Shown here in pieces: positions 7,794-17,626 of a stretch of 64,000 nucleotides of DNA. The notes beneath the pieces were generated by a model that worked only from the letters and a program-made list of their open reading frames with translations, did not search any database and had not been told where the DNA came from. Numbering within the stretch: position 1 is the stretch's first letter; the number at the start of each line of letters is the position of its first letter. The translations under genes and the position numbers were made by a program. The stretch spans positions 18,187 through 82,186 of the IMG/VR virus record IMGVR_UViG_3300035454_001303; one strand, written 5' to 3'. Source of the DNA: a virus. Lineage: Duplodnaviria; Caudoviricetes.

Positions 7794-9089
7794 TTGAGGA
7801 TTGACTACATCCATAACGGCAATGCCCTTGATGTGCTGAAAGCCCTCCCTTCGGAGTCGGTTCAAACGTGCATCACGAGCCCGCCGTATTGGGGGTTGCG
7901 TGATTACGGCATCGAACCTCAAATATGGGATGGAGATCCGAATTGCGAACATGAGTGGTCAGAAGGAAGCGCCAGGCGAAACGGAAGGGACTGGGACCCG
8001 ACAGTCGGAAAATCACGGGTTGGAAGGAATGAAAACGGGTCAACTGGGTCATTTTGTGCCAAGTGCGGAGCGTGGAAAGGGGCGTTCGGGCTTGAGCCGT
8101 CGCCTGATCTATATCTGACCCATGCAGTGGAAATATTCAGGGAGGTTCGTCGGGTACTGAAAAACGACGGTACTGCCTGGGTGAACATGGGCGATTCGTA
8201 TGCCGGGTACTGGGGCGATAAATATTCCCACAAGCCCTTCGGACGCGACGAAGCCCCTGACGAAAGCACCCCTCCAAGTCGGCCATCATTCGATTTCAGG
8301 TCGTCTCATATCAAACCCAAAGACATGATTGGTATGCCGTGGAGACTGGCTTTTGCGCTGCAGGCCGATGGATGGTATCTCAGGCAGGACATCATCTGGC
8401 ACAAGCTCCAAGCCATGCCGGAATCCGTTCATGATCGATGCACGAAGGCGCACGAATATGTCTTTTTGCTCTCGAAGTCCAAGCGCTACTATTACGACCA
8501 GAACGCGATAAAAGAACCGGCCTCGGCAGACACGCACGCGCGATATGCACGCGGCAGGTCTGACGATCACAAGTGGGCCGATGGCGGACCGGGAAACCAG
8601 ACCATAGCCAAGTCAATGGCGCACATGCTTAAAGGGGTGAACCCGAAGGCGGCATCTGTCCCCGTAAGAGGGTGGCAATCAGGACCGGGGGCGCACTCCG
8701 TCATCGATCACGACCAGCCGCAAGAATTCCCCACGAAGTTTCCAAAGCCAAAACAGAACCCGTCCTTCTCGAATGCCGTGAAGGATGTCGTTGAATTCAG
8801 AAACAAGCGTTCCGTTTGGTCCGTATCGCCAGAACCGTTTTCGGGCGCTCATTTCGCAACCTTTCCGCAAAAACTCATCTTCCCGATGGTCCTTGCCGGC
8901 GCCCCCCCCCACGGGGTTGTCCTCGATCCTTTCATGGGATCGGGAACGGTAGCCGTCGTCTCGAAAAAGCTAAATCGTCACTTCGTTGGTATCGAACTGA
9001 ACCCTGCTTACATCGAAATGGCCTGGGACCGCCTGGAAAAGGAAATAGGACTTTTATTTTTAAGGAGGGAGGTTTGTCATGCGCTTTGA
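7794..9089 (+). CDS. DNA methyltransferase, N4-C/N6-A beta class, orphan
   Basis: TSPPY motif IV near the N-terminus; VLDPFMGSGTV motif I and GIELNPAY near the C-terminus; TTG start at 7794 after the DUF1064 stop. Confidence 0.9.
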   Translation: MRIDYIHNGNALDVLKALPSESVQTCITSPPYWGLRDYGIEPQIWDGDPNCEHEWSEGSARRNGRDWDPTVGKSRVGRNENGSTGSFCAKCGAWKGAFGLEPSPDLYLTHAVEIFREVRRVLKNDGTAWVNMGDSYAGYWGDKYSHKPFGRDEAPDESTPPSRPSFDFRSSHIKPKDMIGMPWRLAFALQADGWYLRQDIIWHKLQAMPESVHDRCTKAHEYVFLLSKSKRYYYDQNAIKEPASADTHARYARGRSDDHKWADGGPGNQTIAKSMAHMLKGVNPKAASVPVRGWQSGPGAHSVIDHDQPQEFPTKFPKPKQNPSFSNAVKDVVEFRNKRSVWSVSPEPFSGAHFATFPQKLIFPMVLAGAPPHGVVLDPFMGSGTVAVVSKKLNRHFVGIELNPAYIEMAWDRLEKEIGLLFLRREVCHAL

Positions 9090-9411
9090 TTTTAAGAGGT
9101 TTTTCTTTGTCGTAGGCGTGTTGTGGATGCTCATTCTTTGGATGCTCTTTGCTGTCTATGGAGTTATCCAGTTTTGGGATCGCCACGTCACAAGGTGGCT
9201 CGCGGGAACGGCTGATTTTGTCGGATTCTGCATTCTTGCCATCACGGTCTTATGGGTGCTCTTCATTTTCAAAACTCTCAAAGAGGAAATGGACGAATAT
9301 GATCCGGAACATGTGGATATAGGAACCGAGTATCATGAAGGGTTGTCTATCAGGAATAAAAGCAGCGATCAAGGGCGCGTCGTCGCCAACCGACAAGCTG
9401 TCGAGAGTTGA
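9079..9411 (+). CDS. Hypothetical membrane protein
   Basis: Two hydrophobic helices; GGAGG SD. Confidence 0.55.
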   Translation: MRFDFKRFFFVVGVLWMLILWMLFAVYGVIQFWDRHVTRWLAGTADFVGFCILAITVLWVLFIFKTLKEEMDEYDPEHVDIGTEYHEGLSIRNKSSDQGRVVANRQAVES

Positions 9412-9562
9412 AAGTATTATCAGCGACTTCAATGTTAATCATGAATCGTTGTGTGAGGAATTTGGACATGGCGGATAGGGCAGATCACCCGACAAGGGCG
9501 GGTTCCCGGCCCGCTCTTCCGCCTTGATTAAGCGACCGGTTAATACTGCGGGGGTATCTCGG

Positions 9563-10399
9563 GTGTCAGTAAAGAAGCTACCAGCGTTTCAGTTTTATCC
9601 TGGCGACTGGGTACAAGACACGAGGCCGCTATCGTTGGCGGCCAAGGGTGCATGGATCGACCTGTTATGTGCAATGTGGCGTTCTCAGACCAGGGGAATG
9701 CTCTCATTGCCTTGGCAAGGGTATGCCCGTTTGATTGGTGCCACGGTAGACCAGACCAAAGCAGCAATCGGCGAGCTTATTGACATGGGTATCTGTAGCC
9801 TGGAAGGAGAAGAGGAAGCGGTCTCATTGGACATGGATGTAACGGACGGTAACGGCAATGTAACGATAATAAATCGAAGAATGTACAGAGAAGAAAAAGA
9901 AAGAGAATCAACAAGATATAGAGTTCAAAGACATCGTAACGGCGGTATGAAACGCGATTGTAACGACGATGTAACGCCTCTTTCTTCATCTTCATCTTCT
10001 TCTTCATGTACTAAAGTACATTTAGAATCATCTGAAGATGATTCTTCCCCGCCGCTTCCTGAAGCCGAAATATTCATTTCCGTCCCATTGGTGGATAAGA
10101 CCGAATTCCAAGTCACGACACCGATGATCGAGGAATGGAGAAACCTTTATCCGAAAGTCGATGTTGAACAAGCATTGAGAAACATCCGGGGATGGAACCT
10201 GTCTCACACGAAGGAACGTAAAACAAGAGCCGGGATCTTAAAGCACATAACCGGATGGTTGGCCAGAGAACAAGATCGAGGTGGAAGCAATGGCGGAAGT
10301 AGACAGCAAAATACTGGAAGGGGCTCAGGCCAGGTTGCTGGAACGGCGGCAGTCGCAAAAAGTGACTCAGCCCCTTACCCGATTGACCACACATTCTGA
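9563..10399 (+). CDS. Phage replication initiator (DUF1376/YdaU-like)
   Basis: KLPAFQFYPGDWVQDT..LSLAAKGAWIDLLCAMW N-terminus, poly-Ser linker, followed by a DnaC-like gene. Confidence 0.8.
   Translation: MSVKKLPAFQFYPGDWVQDTRPLSLAAKGAWIDLLCAMWRSQTRGMLSLPWQGYARLIGATVDQTKAAIGELIDMGICSLEGEEEAVSLDMDVTDGNGNVTIINRRMYREEKERESTRYRVQRHRNGGMKRDCNDDVTPLSSSSSSSSCTKVHLESSEDDSSPPLPEAEIFISVPLVDKTEFQVTTPMIEEWRNLYPKVDVEQALRNIRGWNLSHTKERKTRAGILKHITGWLAREQDRGGSNGGSRQQNTGRGSGQVAGTAAVAKSDSAPYPIDHTF
9839..9976 (+). repeat. Six GTAACG repeats, candidate origin iterons inside the initiator gene
   Basis: GTAACG at 9839, 9849, 9860, 9936, 9960 and 9971. Confidence 0.55.
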
Positions 10400-10400
10400 G

Positions 10401-11027
10401 ATGAAAAAGCTCGGAACGCATAAGATCGGTGTCGTGTCTTTTCCAGACGAAGAAGAGCGGCCCAAAAAGGTCAATTGGATGAGAAGGTGCGGGGTTCCGA
10501 CCAGGTACGAAACGTTCAGTCTCGACACCTACGGAGGGAACGATGCCCTTGTTGAACTACTAAGGAGCCACATTCATTCCGAGGATAGCATCACCCTGTG
10601 TGGAAATACCGGGTGCGGAAAGACGCATCTGGCCGTAGGGATGCTGGCCGAGTTCATTAAGCGGAACACTGACGCCGTATTCATTACCGTGCCCGAATTG
10701 CTTCTCCGGATAAGGGCCTCGTTTGGAGAAAGGGCCACGTTAACCGAAGAGGAACTGATTGACCAGTACACGTCGCGATCCCTGCTTGTCCTGGATGATC
10801 TCGGAGCGGAAAAATCCACAGACTTTTCCATCACGACCTTGTACCTGATCATCGACCGGCGAAACCGCTACGGTCGAAAGACGATCATCACCACAAACTT
10901 CATGAGCCTGGAAGCAGTAGAGGAAGGTCTTGGCGCCCGAATTTCGTCAAGGCTGGCTGACTCGAAAATAATCCAGATCACAACCATGCCGGATTACCGG
11001 AAGAAAAGGGGAAACCATGCTCAATAA
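10401..11027 (+). CDS. DnaC/IstB-like AAA+ helicase loader
   Basis: Walker A GNTGCGKT, Walker [32 protein letters not shown]. Confidence 0.9.
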   Translation: MKKLGTHKIGVVSFPDEEERPKKVNWMRRCGVPTRYETFSLDTYGGNDALVELLRSHIHSEDSITLCGNTGCGKTHLAVGMLAEFIKRNTDAVFITVPELLLRIRASFGERATLTEEELIDQYTSRSLLVLDDLGAEKSTDFSITTLYLIIDRRNRYGRKTIITTNFMSLEAVEEGLGARISSRLADSKIIQITTMPDYRKKRGNHAQ

Positions 11028-11406
11028 AGTCATGCTTATCGGAAGGCTCGGGGGAAACCCGGAAGTCAGATACACCCAATCGGGGACACCGACCGCATCT
11101 TTCACCATCGCGACGACCGAAACGTGGAAGAAAGATGGCGAGCGGAAGGAAAAGACTGAATGGCATCGAATTGTTGCCTGGGACAAGCTCGCGGAGATTT
11201 GCGGCGAGTATTTAACGAAAGGCAAGCTCGTTTATATCGAAGGGAAGCTCCAGACGCGAAAGTGGCAGGACAAGGAAGGAAACGACAAGTACACGACCGA
11301 AATCATCGCCTCTAACATGAAGATGCTGGGAGGAAAGTCTGAGAGCGATTCAGGTGGTGAAGGTGGCGGACATCGGGAACCCGGAGATGATGACGTGCCA
11401 TTCTAA
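11017..11406 (+). CDS. ssb: Single-stranded DNA-binding protein
   Basis: [12 protein letters not shown]...TEWHRIV...[11 protein letters not shown] and acidic DDDVPF tail. Confidence 0.97.
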   Translation: MLNKVMLIGRLGGNPEVRYTQSGTPTASFTIATTETWKKDGERKEKTEWHRIVAWDKLAEICGEYLTKGKLVYIEGKLQTRKWQDKEGNDKYTTEIIASNMKMLGGKSESDSGGEGGGHREPGDDDVPF

Positions 11407-11417
11407 GGAAAGGGGAT

Positions 11418-11591
11418 TTGCGCGACGTGGAGTTCGATAAAATCATTGAAACAATGCGAAGAATTATCAGGTCCGATGGATCGAGCCAAGAGAAGATGAG
11501 GCGGATATGGGAATATCTGGAAGCTATCGAAAAGGAGGCGAAGAGTGCCAAGCCTTCGACAACAGGTGTAGGGAGATCTGAGAATGGATGA
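11418..11591 (+). CDS. Small hypothetical protein
   Basis: Not in the track. Fills the ssb-to-next-gene gap with a purine-rich SD; 57 aa. Confidence 0.4.
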   Translation: MRDVEFDKIIETMRRIIRSDGSSQEKMRRIWEYLEAIEKEAKSAKPSTTGVGRSENG

Positions 11592-11814
11592 TGATTTGCT
11601 TGTCGGGAGAAAAGAAATCCTTGATTTTCTTCGTCTATCAGACTGGGAAGCTGTGATTGGCAGAATAAAAGAGGGGCTGCCAGTCGAAAAGGTTTGCGGT
11701 CGCCTCGAAATGAGCAAGCGGAAGTATCGCGCCTGGAGGGATGAAATAAGGCCCGGCAGGGGGATAGTCGGAGAAGACGGAGAGAAAAGGCCACGGGTAG
11801 GAGCGCAGGCGTGA
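11584..11814 (+). CDS. Small MerR/excisionase-like DNA-binding protein (candidate late regulator)
   Basis: LLVGRKEILDFLRLSDWEAVIGRIKEGLPV pattern. Confidence 0.5.
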   Translation: MDDDLLVGRKEILDFLRLSDWEAVIGRIKEGLPVEKVCGRLEMSKRKYRAWRDEIRPGRGIVGEDGEKRPRVGAQA

Positions 11815-12242
11815 GCGGAGACGGATTTCTTGAATTCAAGGAATCTCCAGAGCTTGTAAGTCTGGCGATGGACATCATTCAACGATATGAAATATTTGAA
11901 TTTATCAATATCGAAGAGATTCTTTTCTTGCGTGAGATGAAGTCCAGGCCAAAGGCGCTTGCGCGGTGTTACCGGTTTGGGGATCACCCGATCAGTTTCT
12001 TTACCGACAAGCTATATGCAATCGTCTTTTATGAATCTAACTGTGATTACATGACGTTGGAGCAACGGGCATTGCTCATGTACCACGAGCTGAGACATAT
12101 CGGGAAGCCGTTCAATCGGCTGAATGACCATACGGTTAAGGATTTCAAGGAGTTGTTGGCTGTGAATCTTGACTGGGCGGAAAGAGAGGCGAAGGTGCCG
12201 AATATCCTGAAGGGGAAACGGTCATGGGCAATAAAGAAGTGA
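11811..12242 (+). CDS. Putative phage metallopeptidase
   Basis: LMYHELRHI (HExxH) followed by DHTVKDF. Confidence 0.75.
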   Translation: MSGDGFLEFKESPELVSLAMDIIQRYEIFEFINIEEILFLREMKSRPKALARCYRFGDHPISFFTDKLYAIVFYESNCDYMTLEQRALLMYHELRHIGKPFNRLNDHTVKDFKELLAVNLDWAEREAKVPNILKGKRSWAIKK

Positions 12243-13159
12243 AAACAAAGGCATCTGCAATTGCACAAAAGACAGCCAAAAAAGGAGCGCCCGAAAAACC
12301 AAAGAAGGGGGCCGTGAAGCAGAGGGGTAAAAAGGGCGCGGCCAAGAAGGAGTCTGTATCAAAAACCCCTCAAAAGGAGCCCGAGAAAAAGACCAAGGGG
12401 AAGAAAAAGGCGTCAGTAACGCAACCGGTCCCGAAGAAGGAAACCACAAAGAAAGGGGCGGCGAAGAAGCCAGCGAAAAAAAGGGGGAGCAAGAACCCTC
12501 CCCGGATCGGGAGCCGCAGAAAGGAACTCACGAAGGCATGTCAGGACAAATTCCTCGAGGCGCTCGCGAGCAACCGGTTTTGCATATACAAGGCGTGCAA
12601 GGAGGCCGGAATATCACGGCGGACCTTCTACCATTGGCGGGACACGGATGAAGCCTTCATGGAGAAATATGACGACCTTAACGAGGCAAAGATTGACGCA
12701 TGGGAAGAGGCCCTGCACCGGAATATCCTCGCCGGCGCCGAGGTGTCCACGATATTCGGGCTGAAAACGAAGGGGAGGAAACGAGGGTATGGAGACAAAG
12801 CCATGCCGAGCAAAGAGGCGATTGCTATTGTGAAGAGGCTTCTTGCCGACGAGATCACGACAAAAGAAGCGGCCTATCAGCTTTACATGATCGGCGAACA
12901 GATCCCCGAGGTCATGAAGATCGAACTGGAAAAGACGCCTCCAGACATGCCGCCGCCAGAGTTGCCGCCCGCGATGTCCGATGAGGAGCTTGAGGAGCGT
13001 TACCAGAAAGGACTTGCCACACAGAACCAACAAAAAGAAACGTTCGTTCCAGAGCGCCGCAAGGAAGTTCAGGCGATAAAAGAGGAATTGAAAGATATCG
13101 AATCGTTCGGCCCGAATGCTGAAATGAGACAAGGGGACCATGGCCAGAGCAAGGAATGA
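12224..13159 (+). CDS. pacA: Terminase small subunit, P1 PacA-like
   Basis: HTH (KACKEAGISRRTFYHW), directly upstream of the large subunit; Lys-rich N-terminal ~95 aa. Confidence 0.75.
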   Translation: MGNKEVKTKASAIAQKTAKKGAPEKPKKGAVKQRGKKGAAKKESVSKTPQKEPEKKTKGKKKASVTQPVPKKETTKKGAAKKPAKKRGSKNPPRIGSRRKELTKACQDKFLEALASNRFCIYKACKEAGISRRTFYHWRDTDEAFMEKYDDLNEAKIDAWEEALHRNILAGAEVSTIFGLKTKGRKRGYGDKAMPSKEAIAIVKRLLADEITTKEAAYQLYMIGEQIPEVMKIELEKTPPDMPPPELPPAMSDEELEERYQKGLATQNQQKETFVPERRKEVQAIKEELKDIESFGPNAEMRQGDHGQSKE

Positions 13160-14651
13160 GAGCATACTTTCTGCCCCAAGCGCAGTTCTCAGCCGCTATA
13201 AGGATTTCTGTATACGGTACAGGCATCAGCTCAATAGGTATGCGATTGAAGTTACTGGCATGGAACCGACGTGGCAGCAACGGGAGCTTTTCGAGGCCAT
13301 TGAGAAGCCGGGAAGCCGTACCGCCTGCGCGAGTGGGCACGGTACCGGGAAGAGCCGGTGCTATGCCGTCACATGCGATTGGCTTTTGAAGGTATATCCG
13401 TGGAGCAACACAATGTTGACCTCCACGAACGTTTCACAGCTACGGACTGTCGTTTGGAAAGAACTGGACACCGTAACAGCTCAAGTTGCCGAGCGTTACC
13501 CTTGGCTGAATGAATATTTTCTCAAAGAGACGCAACGGTACTATGCACGGGGACATAAGGATAGCTGGTATGTCATCCCAAAGACGGCCCCAAAGCACAA
13601 ACCCGAGGGTGTGGCCGGTCAACATCGCCAATGGTACACAGTTTTGGTTGATGAGGCGAGCGGGGTAGAAGACGAGATTCATGGGGTCCTACGTGGAGGG
13701 CTGACGAATGCAGAAAACCGCTACTGCATGATCTCACAGCCGACGCGGACGGTCGGCCACTTTGCAGACGCCTTTAAGTCGCTGAAGGACATCTACAAAT
13801 GTCTTTCATTCAACTCGGAAGAGAGCCCGCTTGTATCGAAAGAGTTCATCCGGGAAAAACTGATTGAGTACGGCGGGCACCATAGTCCGGAATATCAGAT
13901 CAAGGTGCTTGGGAGATTCCCCGACAACCTGTCAGGCTTCCTGATTCCCCGAAGCTGGCTTGAAGAGTCGAGGCTGCTTGTCATTGTTCATCCGACACCC
14001 TGGGGATGGGTGATCACCGGCGACGTTGGGGAGGGCGTTCACCGCGATTCGTCCGTATGGACCCTTGCAAAGGTCTCGGGATATGGGGCAGAGCGCCGGG
14101 TGCAGGTCGTTGACAGTATGGAATATAACGATCTGAATGAAAAGCAGTTTGCCCACAAGATGCACGAAAGGGTTATGGGGCTGTCGAATGTCACCATAGC
14201 CGTGGACGCAGATGGTGCCGGGCGAGCGACCATCCTGGAACTTGAAGAGCTTGGTGGTCATGTTGTCGAACGAATCCACTGGGGCCTTCCTCCGCATACA
14301 GAGGCGGACAAGAGGCGCTACAAGAACCTTCGCGCATACTCGCACGTGAAGACGCGGGAAGCGATCTTTGAGGGAAGGATGAGGATCGACGGGCATAAAA
14401 AGACCGTAGAGCAAGGATCTTTGCTTCCCTACAAGATCGATGATGCCGGGCGGTATCAGATGATGCCAAAGGAGCAAATGAAGGCCAATGGGATCAAGAG
14501 CCCGGATAGGTTTGATACCCATTGCTTTTTCTTCCTGGTTGATTACACGCCGGCAGGGGAAGAAACGGAGCTGCTTACGACGACGAGTAGCGAAGAGAAC
14601 GCGATCCTGGAAATGGCTCGCAAGATCATTGCAGAAGGAGAGGCGGCATAG
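13140..14651 (+). CDS. pacB: Terminase large subunit, P1 PacB-like
   Basis: SGHGTGKS Walker A, VDEASGV Walker B, NSEESPLVSKEFIREKLIEYGG..SPEYQIKVLGRFP as in P1 PacB, C-terminal SPDRFD. Confidence 0.92.
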   Translation: MARARNESILSAPSAVLSRYKDFCIRYRHQLNRYAIEVTGMEPTWQQRELFEAIEKPGSRTACASGHGTGKSRCYAVTCDWLLKVYPWSNTMLTSTNVSQLRTVVWKELDTVTAQVAERYPWLNEYFLKETQRYYARGHKDSWYVIPKTAPKHKPEGVAGQHRQWYTVLVDEASGVEDEIHGVLRGGLTNAENRYCMISQPTRTVGHFADAFKSLKDIYKCLSFNSEESPLVSKEFIREKLIEYGGHHSPEYQIKVLGRFPDNLSGFLIPRSWLEESRLLVIVHPTPWGWVITGDVGEGVHRDSSVWTLAKVSGYGAERRVQVVDSMEYNDLNEKQFAHKMHERVMGLSNVTIAVDADGAGRATILELEELGGHVVERIHWGLPPHTEADKRRYKNLRAYSHVKTREAIFEGRMRIDGHKKTVEQGSLLPYKIDDAGRYQMMPKEQMKANGIKSPDRFDTHCFFFLVDYTPAGEETELLTTTSSEENAILEMARKIIAEGEAA

Positions 14652-14653
14652 CA

Positions 14654-14818
14654 ATGCACGCAAAAGGCAAGCCAGAGATCCCCGACGACATGGGGATGAT
14701 TGATATAATGCCGGAACACGGGGAATGCGGAAGCTTAATAGAGTTTTATCGGGAGATGTTTCACCAATTGCAGATCGTGATTTCCGTGCCAAGTGCTTTC
14801 TTGGGGCCAGATAAATGA
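14654..14818 (+). CDS. Small hypothetical protein (54 aa)
   Basis: Not in the track; its stop overlaps the next ATG (ATGA). Confidence 0.4.
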   Translation: MHAKGKPEIPDDMGMIDIMPEHGECGSLIEFYREMFHQLQIVISVPSAFLGPDK

Positions 14819-15453
14819 GCGAAGAGATTCTGAAAATAATGACCATTTCTCTCATGGGAGCGAATCGCAGCAAGGCTTACGCCGTGTTCAACGGTGAACA
14901 ACTCGTTGTCACGCGAGTCGATACGATTGCCGGCATGTTCGGCCTTTGGAGAAAACCGATAATTGATGAGATCATCGACAAAAAAGACAAGGGTTACGCC
15001 GTTATCGTGGAAGAGAAGACCGATCTGATAGCACAACATGCGACGCAGTACCTCCTTGAAGACATCGAAGAGAGAAGTAATCTCTATGATGCTCTTGACT
15101 GGTATTTCGCCCTGCAGGACATGGGAAACCTGATAGTCGATAGCGATGCTCAACGGTTCCTTATCCGAGCTGGCGGCGAAGGCCAGAAGGTAGAAAAAAA
15201 GCAGGACGAAAAAGGGAAGCCTTACTACTCAATCGATTGGCCTTCTTTCACGGGTGGTCATCGGGCGATTCTTCTCTGTGTCGTTGCCGCCATGACGGAG
15301 CCTATAAGTGAGCGGTTCCTGAAGGCCATGTATGGCAAGGAAGCAGAAGAGCCAGAGGATGATAATCCGGTCAGGCGATGGACAAGGATACTTGCCGCCA
15401 GAGACCTGGAGAGGGGCAAAAATCTGGAAACGGAAAGGGAAAACAGGGGATGA
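14815..15453 (+). CDS. P1-family putative morphogenesis protein
   Basis: AYAVFNGEQLVV and YYSIDW...HRAILLCVVA resemble a P1 pmg protein (from recall). Confidence 0.5.
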   Translation: MSEEILKIMTISLMGANRSKAYAVFNGEQLVVTRVDTIAGMFGLWRKPIIDEIIDKKDKGYAVIVEEKTDLIAQHATQYLLEDIEERSNLYDALDWYFALQDMGNLIVDSDAQRFLIRAGGEGQKVEKKQDEKGKPYYSIDWPSFTGGHRAILLCVVAAMTEPISERFLKAMYGKEAEEPEDDNPVRRWTRILAARDLERGKNLETERENRG

Positions 15454-15797
15454 CGCCAAGCAAGATCAAAGAGCTTTTGGCCGGTTATCGTTTCGATACG
15501 TCATGTGAAGCGATATTGCAGGCCCAAATCGAAAAGGTTTTCCAGGACAGCGGGGCTCCATATCAGCGGGAAGTGCGGCTGTCCGCACGGGACCGGATTG
15601 ACTTTATGCTGGATGGGATCGGTGTTGAGGTGAAAATCAAAGGCCAGGCAAAGGAAATATTCCGCCAGTGTCAACGGTACTGCACTTATGACCAGATCAC
15701 GGCGATTGTCCTGGTTACGGGGCGATCTATGGGGTTCCCCGAAACCATCGAAGGGAAGCCTTGCTATTATCACAACCTGGGGCGAAACTGGCTATGA
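15450..15797 (+). CDS. Small PD-(D/E)xK nuclease
   Basis: REVRLSARDRIDF...GVEVKIKG...RQCQRY; ATGA-coupled to both neighbours. Confidence 0.7.
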   Translation: MTPSKIKELLAGYRFDTSCEAILQAQIEKVFQDSGAPYQREVRLSARDRIDFMLDGIGVEVKIKGQAKEIFRQCQRYCTYDQITAIVLVTGRSMGFPETIEGKPCYYHNLGRNWL

Positions 15798-17626
15798 GAA
15801 CCTACGGAAATATTTCACTTCATGGAAGCCGATGGGAGCTTACCGGCCTTGAGCCGCATGTGTCCATCAAGCTGAAGAACATCTTCCCGAAGATACCAAA
15901 GACATCGGTAGGCCCCTTTCGCTTCGACAATACCCCGGAGGCGTGCATAGACCTGGAATGGTTTATGTCTCGCTATCCGTTGGGTATTTCCGATGAGCAC
16001 CTTCAGGTATTGCAGGGCAATAGAACGCTCTTCCTGGAAACTCAGGCCGAGATGGAACGGATCATGCGGCCCGATTTCGTTCCCGGAAGCTACGCCCTGA
16101 AGGAGGGGCAGGCAATCAGACCCTATCAGGCCCAAGCAATCGAGATCTTCCAAAGGTCCCGGGCGTTGATGATCGGCGATGATGTTGGACTCGGAAAGAC
16201 TTACATCGGGATAGGGGCATGTCTGAAGCCAGAACAGCTTCCCGCCATTGTTGCCGTTCAGACACACCTTCACCGTCAATGGAAGGAGAAGATCGAGGCG
16301 TTTTCAAACCTGAAGGTTCATCTGATAGCCGGAACGCGGCCTTATAATCTTCCGCCCGCCGACATCTATGTCATCAAGTATTCGTGCATTTCCGGGTGGG
16401 TGGATATCTTCAAGCAGGGATATTTCAAGACGGCCATCTTTGATGAGGTTCAGGAGCTTCGGCGGGGTGTTTGCTCTGATAAGGGCATGGCGGCAAAAAT
16501 CCTTTCCGGAAGTGCTGATTACCGTCTCGGCCTGAGCGCGACGCCGATCTACAACTATGCAGACGAGATCTGGAATGTCATGGACATCCTCAATGAGCAT
16601 TGCCTTGGGACCCGTGACGAGTTTTTGAGGGAATGGGGTGCCGAGCAGTACGGAATGACCAAGATTATCATTAAGGACCCCAAGGCCCTGGGCTCCTATC
16701 TCCGCGAGAAATACCTTTTCCTTCGCCGGACGAAAGCGGACGTGGGGCAATACCTGAAGCCGGTCAACACGGTTGTCGAAACGGTTGGCTTCGATGCGCA
16801 GTCAGTGAAATCCGCCGAAGAGCTTGCCGTCAAGCTTGCCCTGAAAGCATCGCAAGGGAGCTTTATCGAACGCGGCCAGGCCGCCCGCGAGCTTGATCTG
16901 ATGGTCAGGCACATGACCGGGGTGTCGAAGGCGAAGTACGTCGCTGAGTTCGTCCGGATCCTGCTTGAGAGCGGAGAGCCTGTTGTCTTGGCGGGCTGGC
17001 ACAGGGATGTTTATGAGATATGGCTCAGGGAACTCGCTGAGTTCAAGCCCGTCATGTACACGGGGACCGAGAGCGCGACGCAAAAGGACAAAGCCAAGAA
17101 TGCCTTCGTGAATGGCGAGACGAATCTTTTCATCATCTCCCTTCGGTCCGGGATCGGGTTGGACGGCCTTCAGTTCCGCTGCTCAACGGTCGTTTTCGGA
17201 GAGTTGGATTGGTCCCCGCAGGTCCATTATCAGGTCGTTGGACGCCTTGACCGAGAAGGCCAGAAGAATCCCGTTATGGCCATCTATCTTTGCAGTGATA
17301 GCGGGTCCGATCCGCTCATGATCGATCTGCTTGGCCTGAAGAAGGCACAAGCGCAGGCCATCATTGACCCGAGCCTTGGCGTGCAATCCGTTTACAGTGA
17401 TCAGTCAAGGATTCAGATGCTTGTGAAAAAATACCTGAAAAACAAGAAGGCTGGAGGAAATGGAGACATGAAGGCAAATTGGGAACCAGCAACGCCATTG
17501 AAGACAGGCGACAAGGTGATGCTCAATGGACAAATGATGCTCATCACAGGCGAAGGGGAAAGCGAGGAAACATCGCAAGAAAGGAGCAATCATGGCAACG
17601 ACGCTATCGCGGCTTTCGCCGTATAA
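15794..17626 (+). CDS. SNF2-family SF2 helicase/ATPase
   Basis: DDVGLGKT, FDEVQEL, LSATP, ELDWSP...QVVGRLDREGQ. Confidence 0.9.
   Translation: MRTYGNISLHGSRWELTGLEPHVSIKLKNIFPKIPKTSVGPFRFDNTPEACIDLEWFMSRYPLGISDEHLQVLQGNRTLFLETQAEMERIMRPDFVPGSYALKEGQAIRPYQAQAIEIFQRSRALMIGDDVGLGKTYIGIGACLKPEQLPAIVAVQTHLHRQWKEKIEAFSNLKVHLIAGTRPYNLPPADIYVIKYSCISGWVDIFKQGYFKTAIFDEVQELRRGVCSDKGMAAKILSGSADYRLGLSATPIYNYADEIWNVMDILNEHCLGTRDEFLREWGAEQYGMTKIIIKDPKALGSYLREKYLFLRRTKADVGQYLKPVNTVVETVGFDAQSVKSAEELAVKLALKASQGSFIERGQAARELDLMVRHMTGVSKAKYVAEFVRILLESGEPVVLAGWHRDVYEIWLRELAEFKPVMYTGTESATQKDKAKNAFVNGETNLFIISLRSGIGLDGLQFRCSTVVFGELDWSPQVHYQVVGRLDREGQKNPVMAIYLCSDSGSDPLMIDLLGLKKAQAQAIIDPSLGVQSVYSDQSRIQMLVKKYLKNKKAGGNGDMKANWEPATPLKTGDKVMLNGQMMLITGEGESEETSQERSNHGNDAIAAFAV

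Noticed and set aside
9980-10010. TCTTCA microsatellite as a phase-variable tract
   Set aside because: In-frame poly-Ser linker typical of phage initiators; the units are imperfect.
12224-13159. P1-style Dam-methylated pac hexamer cluster
   Set aside because: No cluster of TGATCA/G hexamers seen in pacA.
14654-14818. Resemblance of the small ORF (…ISVPSAFLG) to a portal motif
   Set aside because: The match is only a few residues and could be chance.
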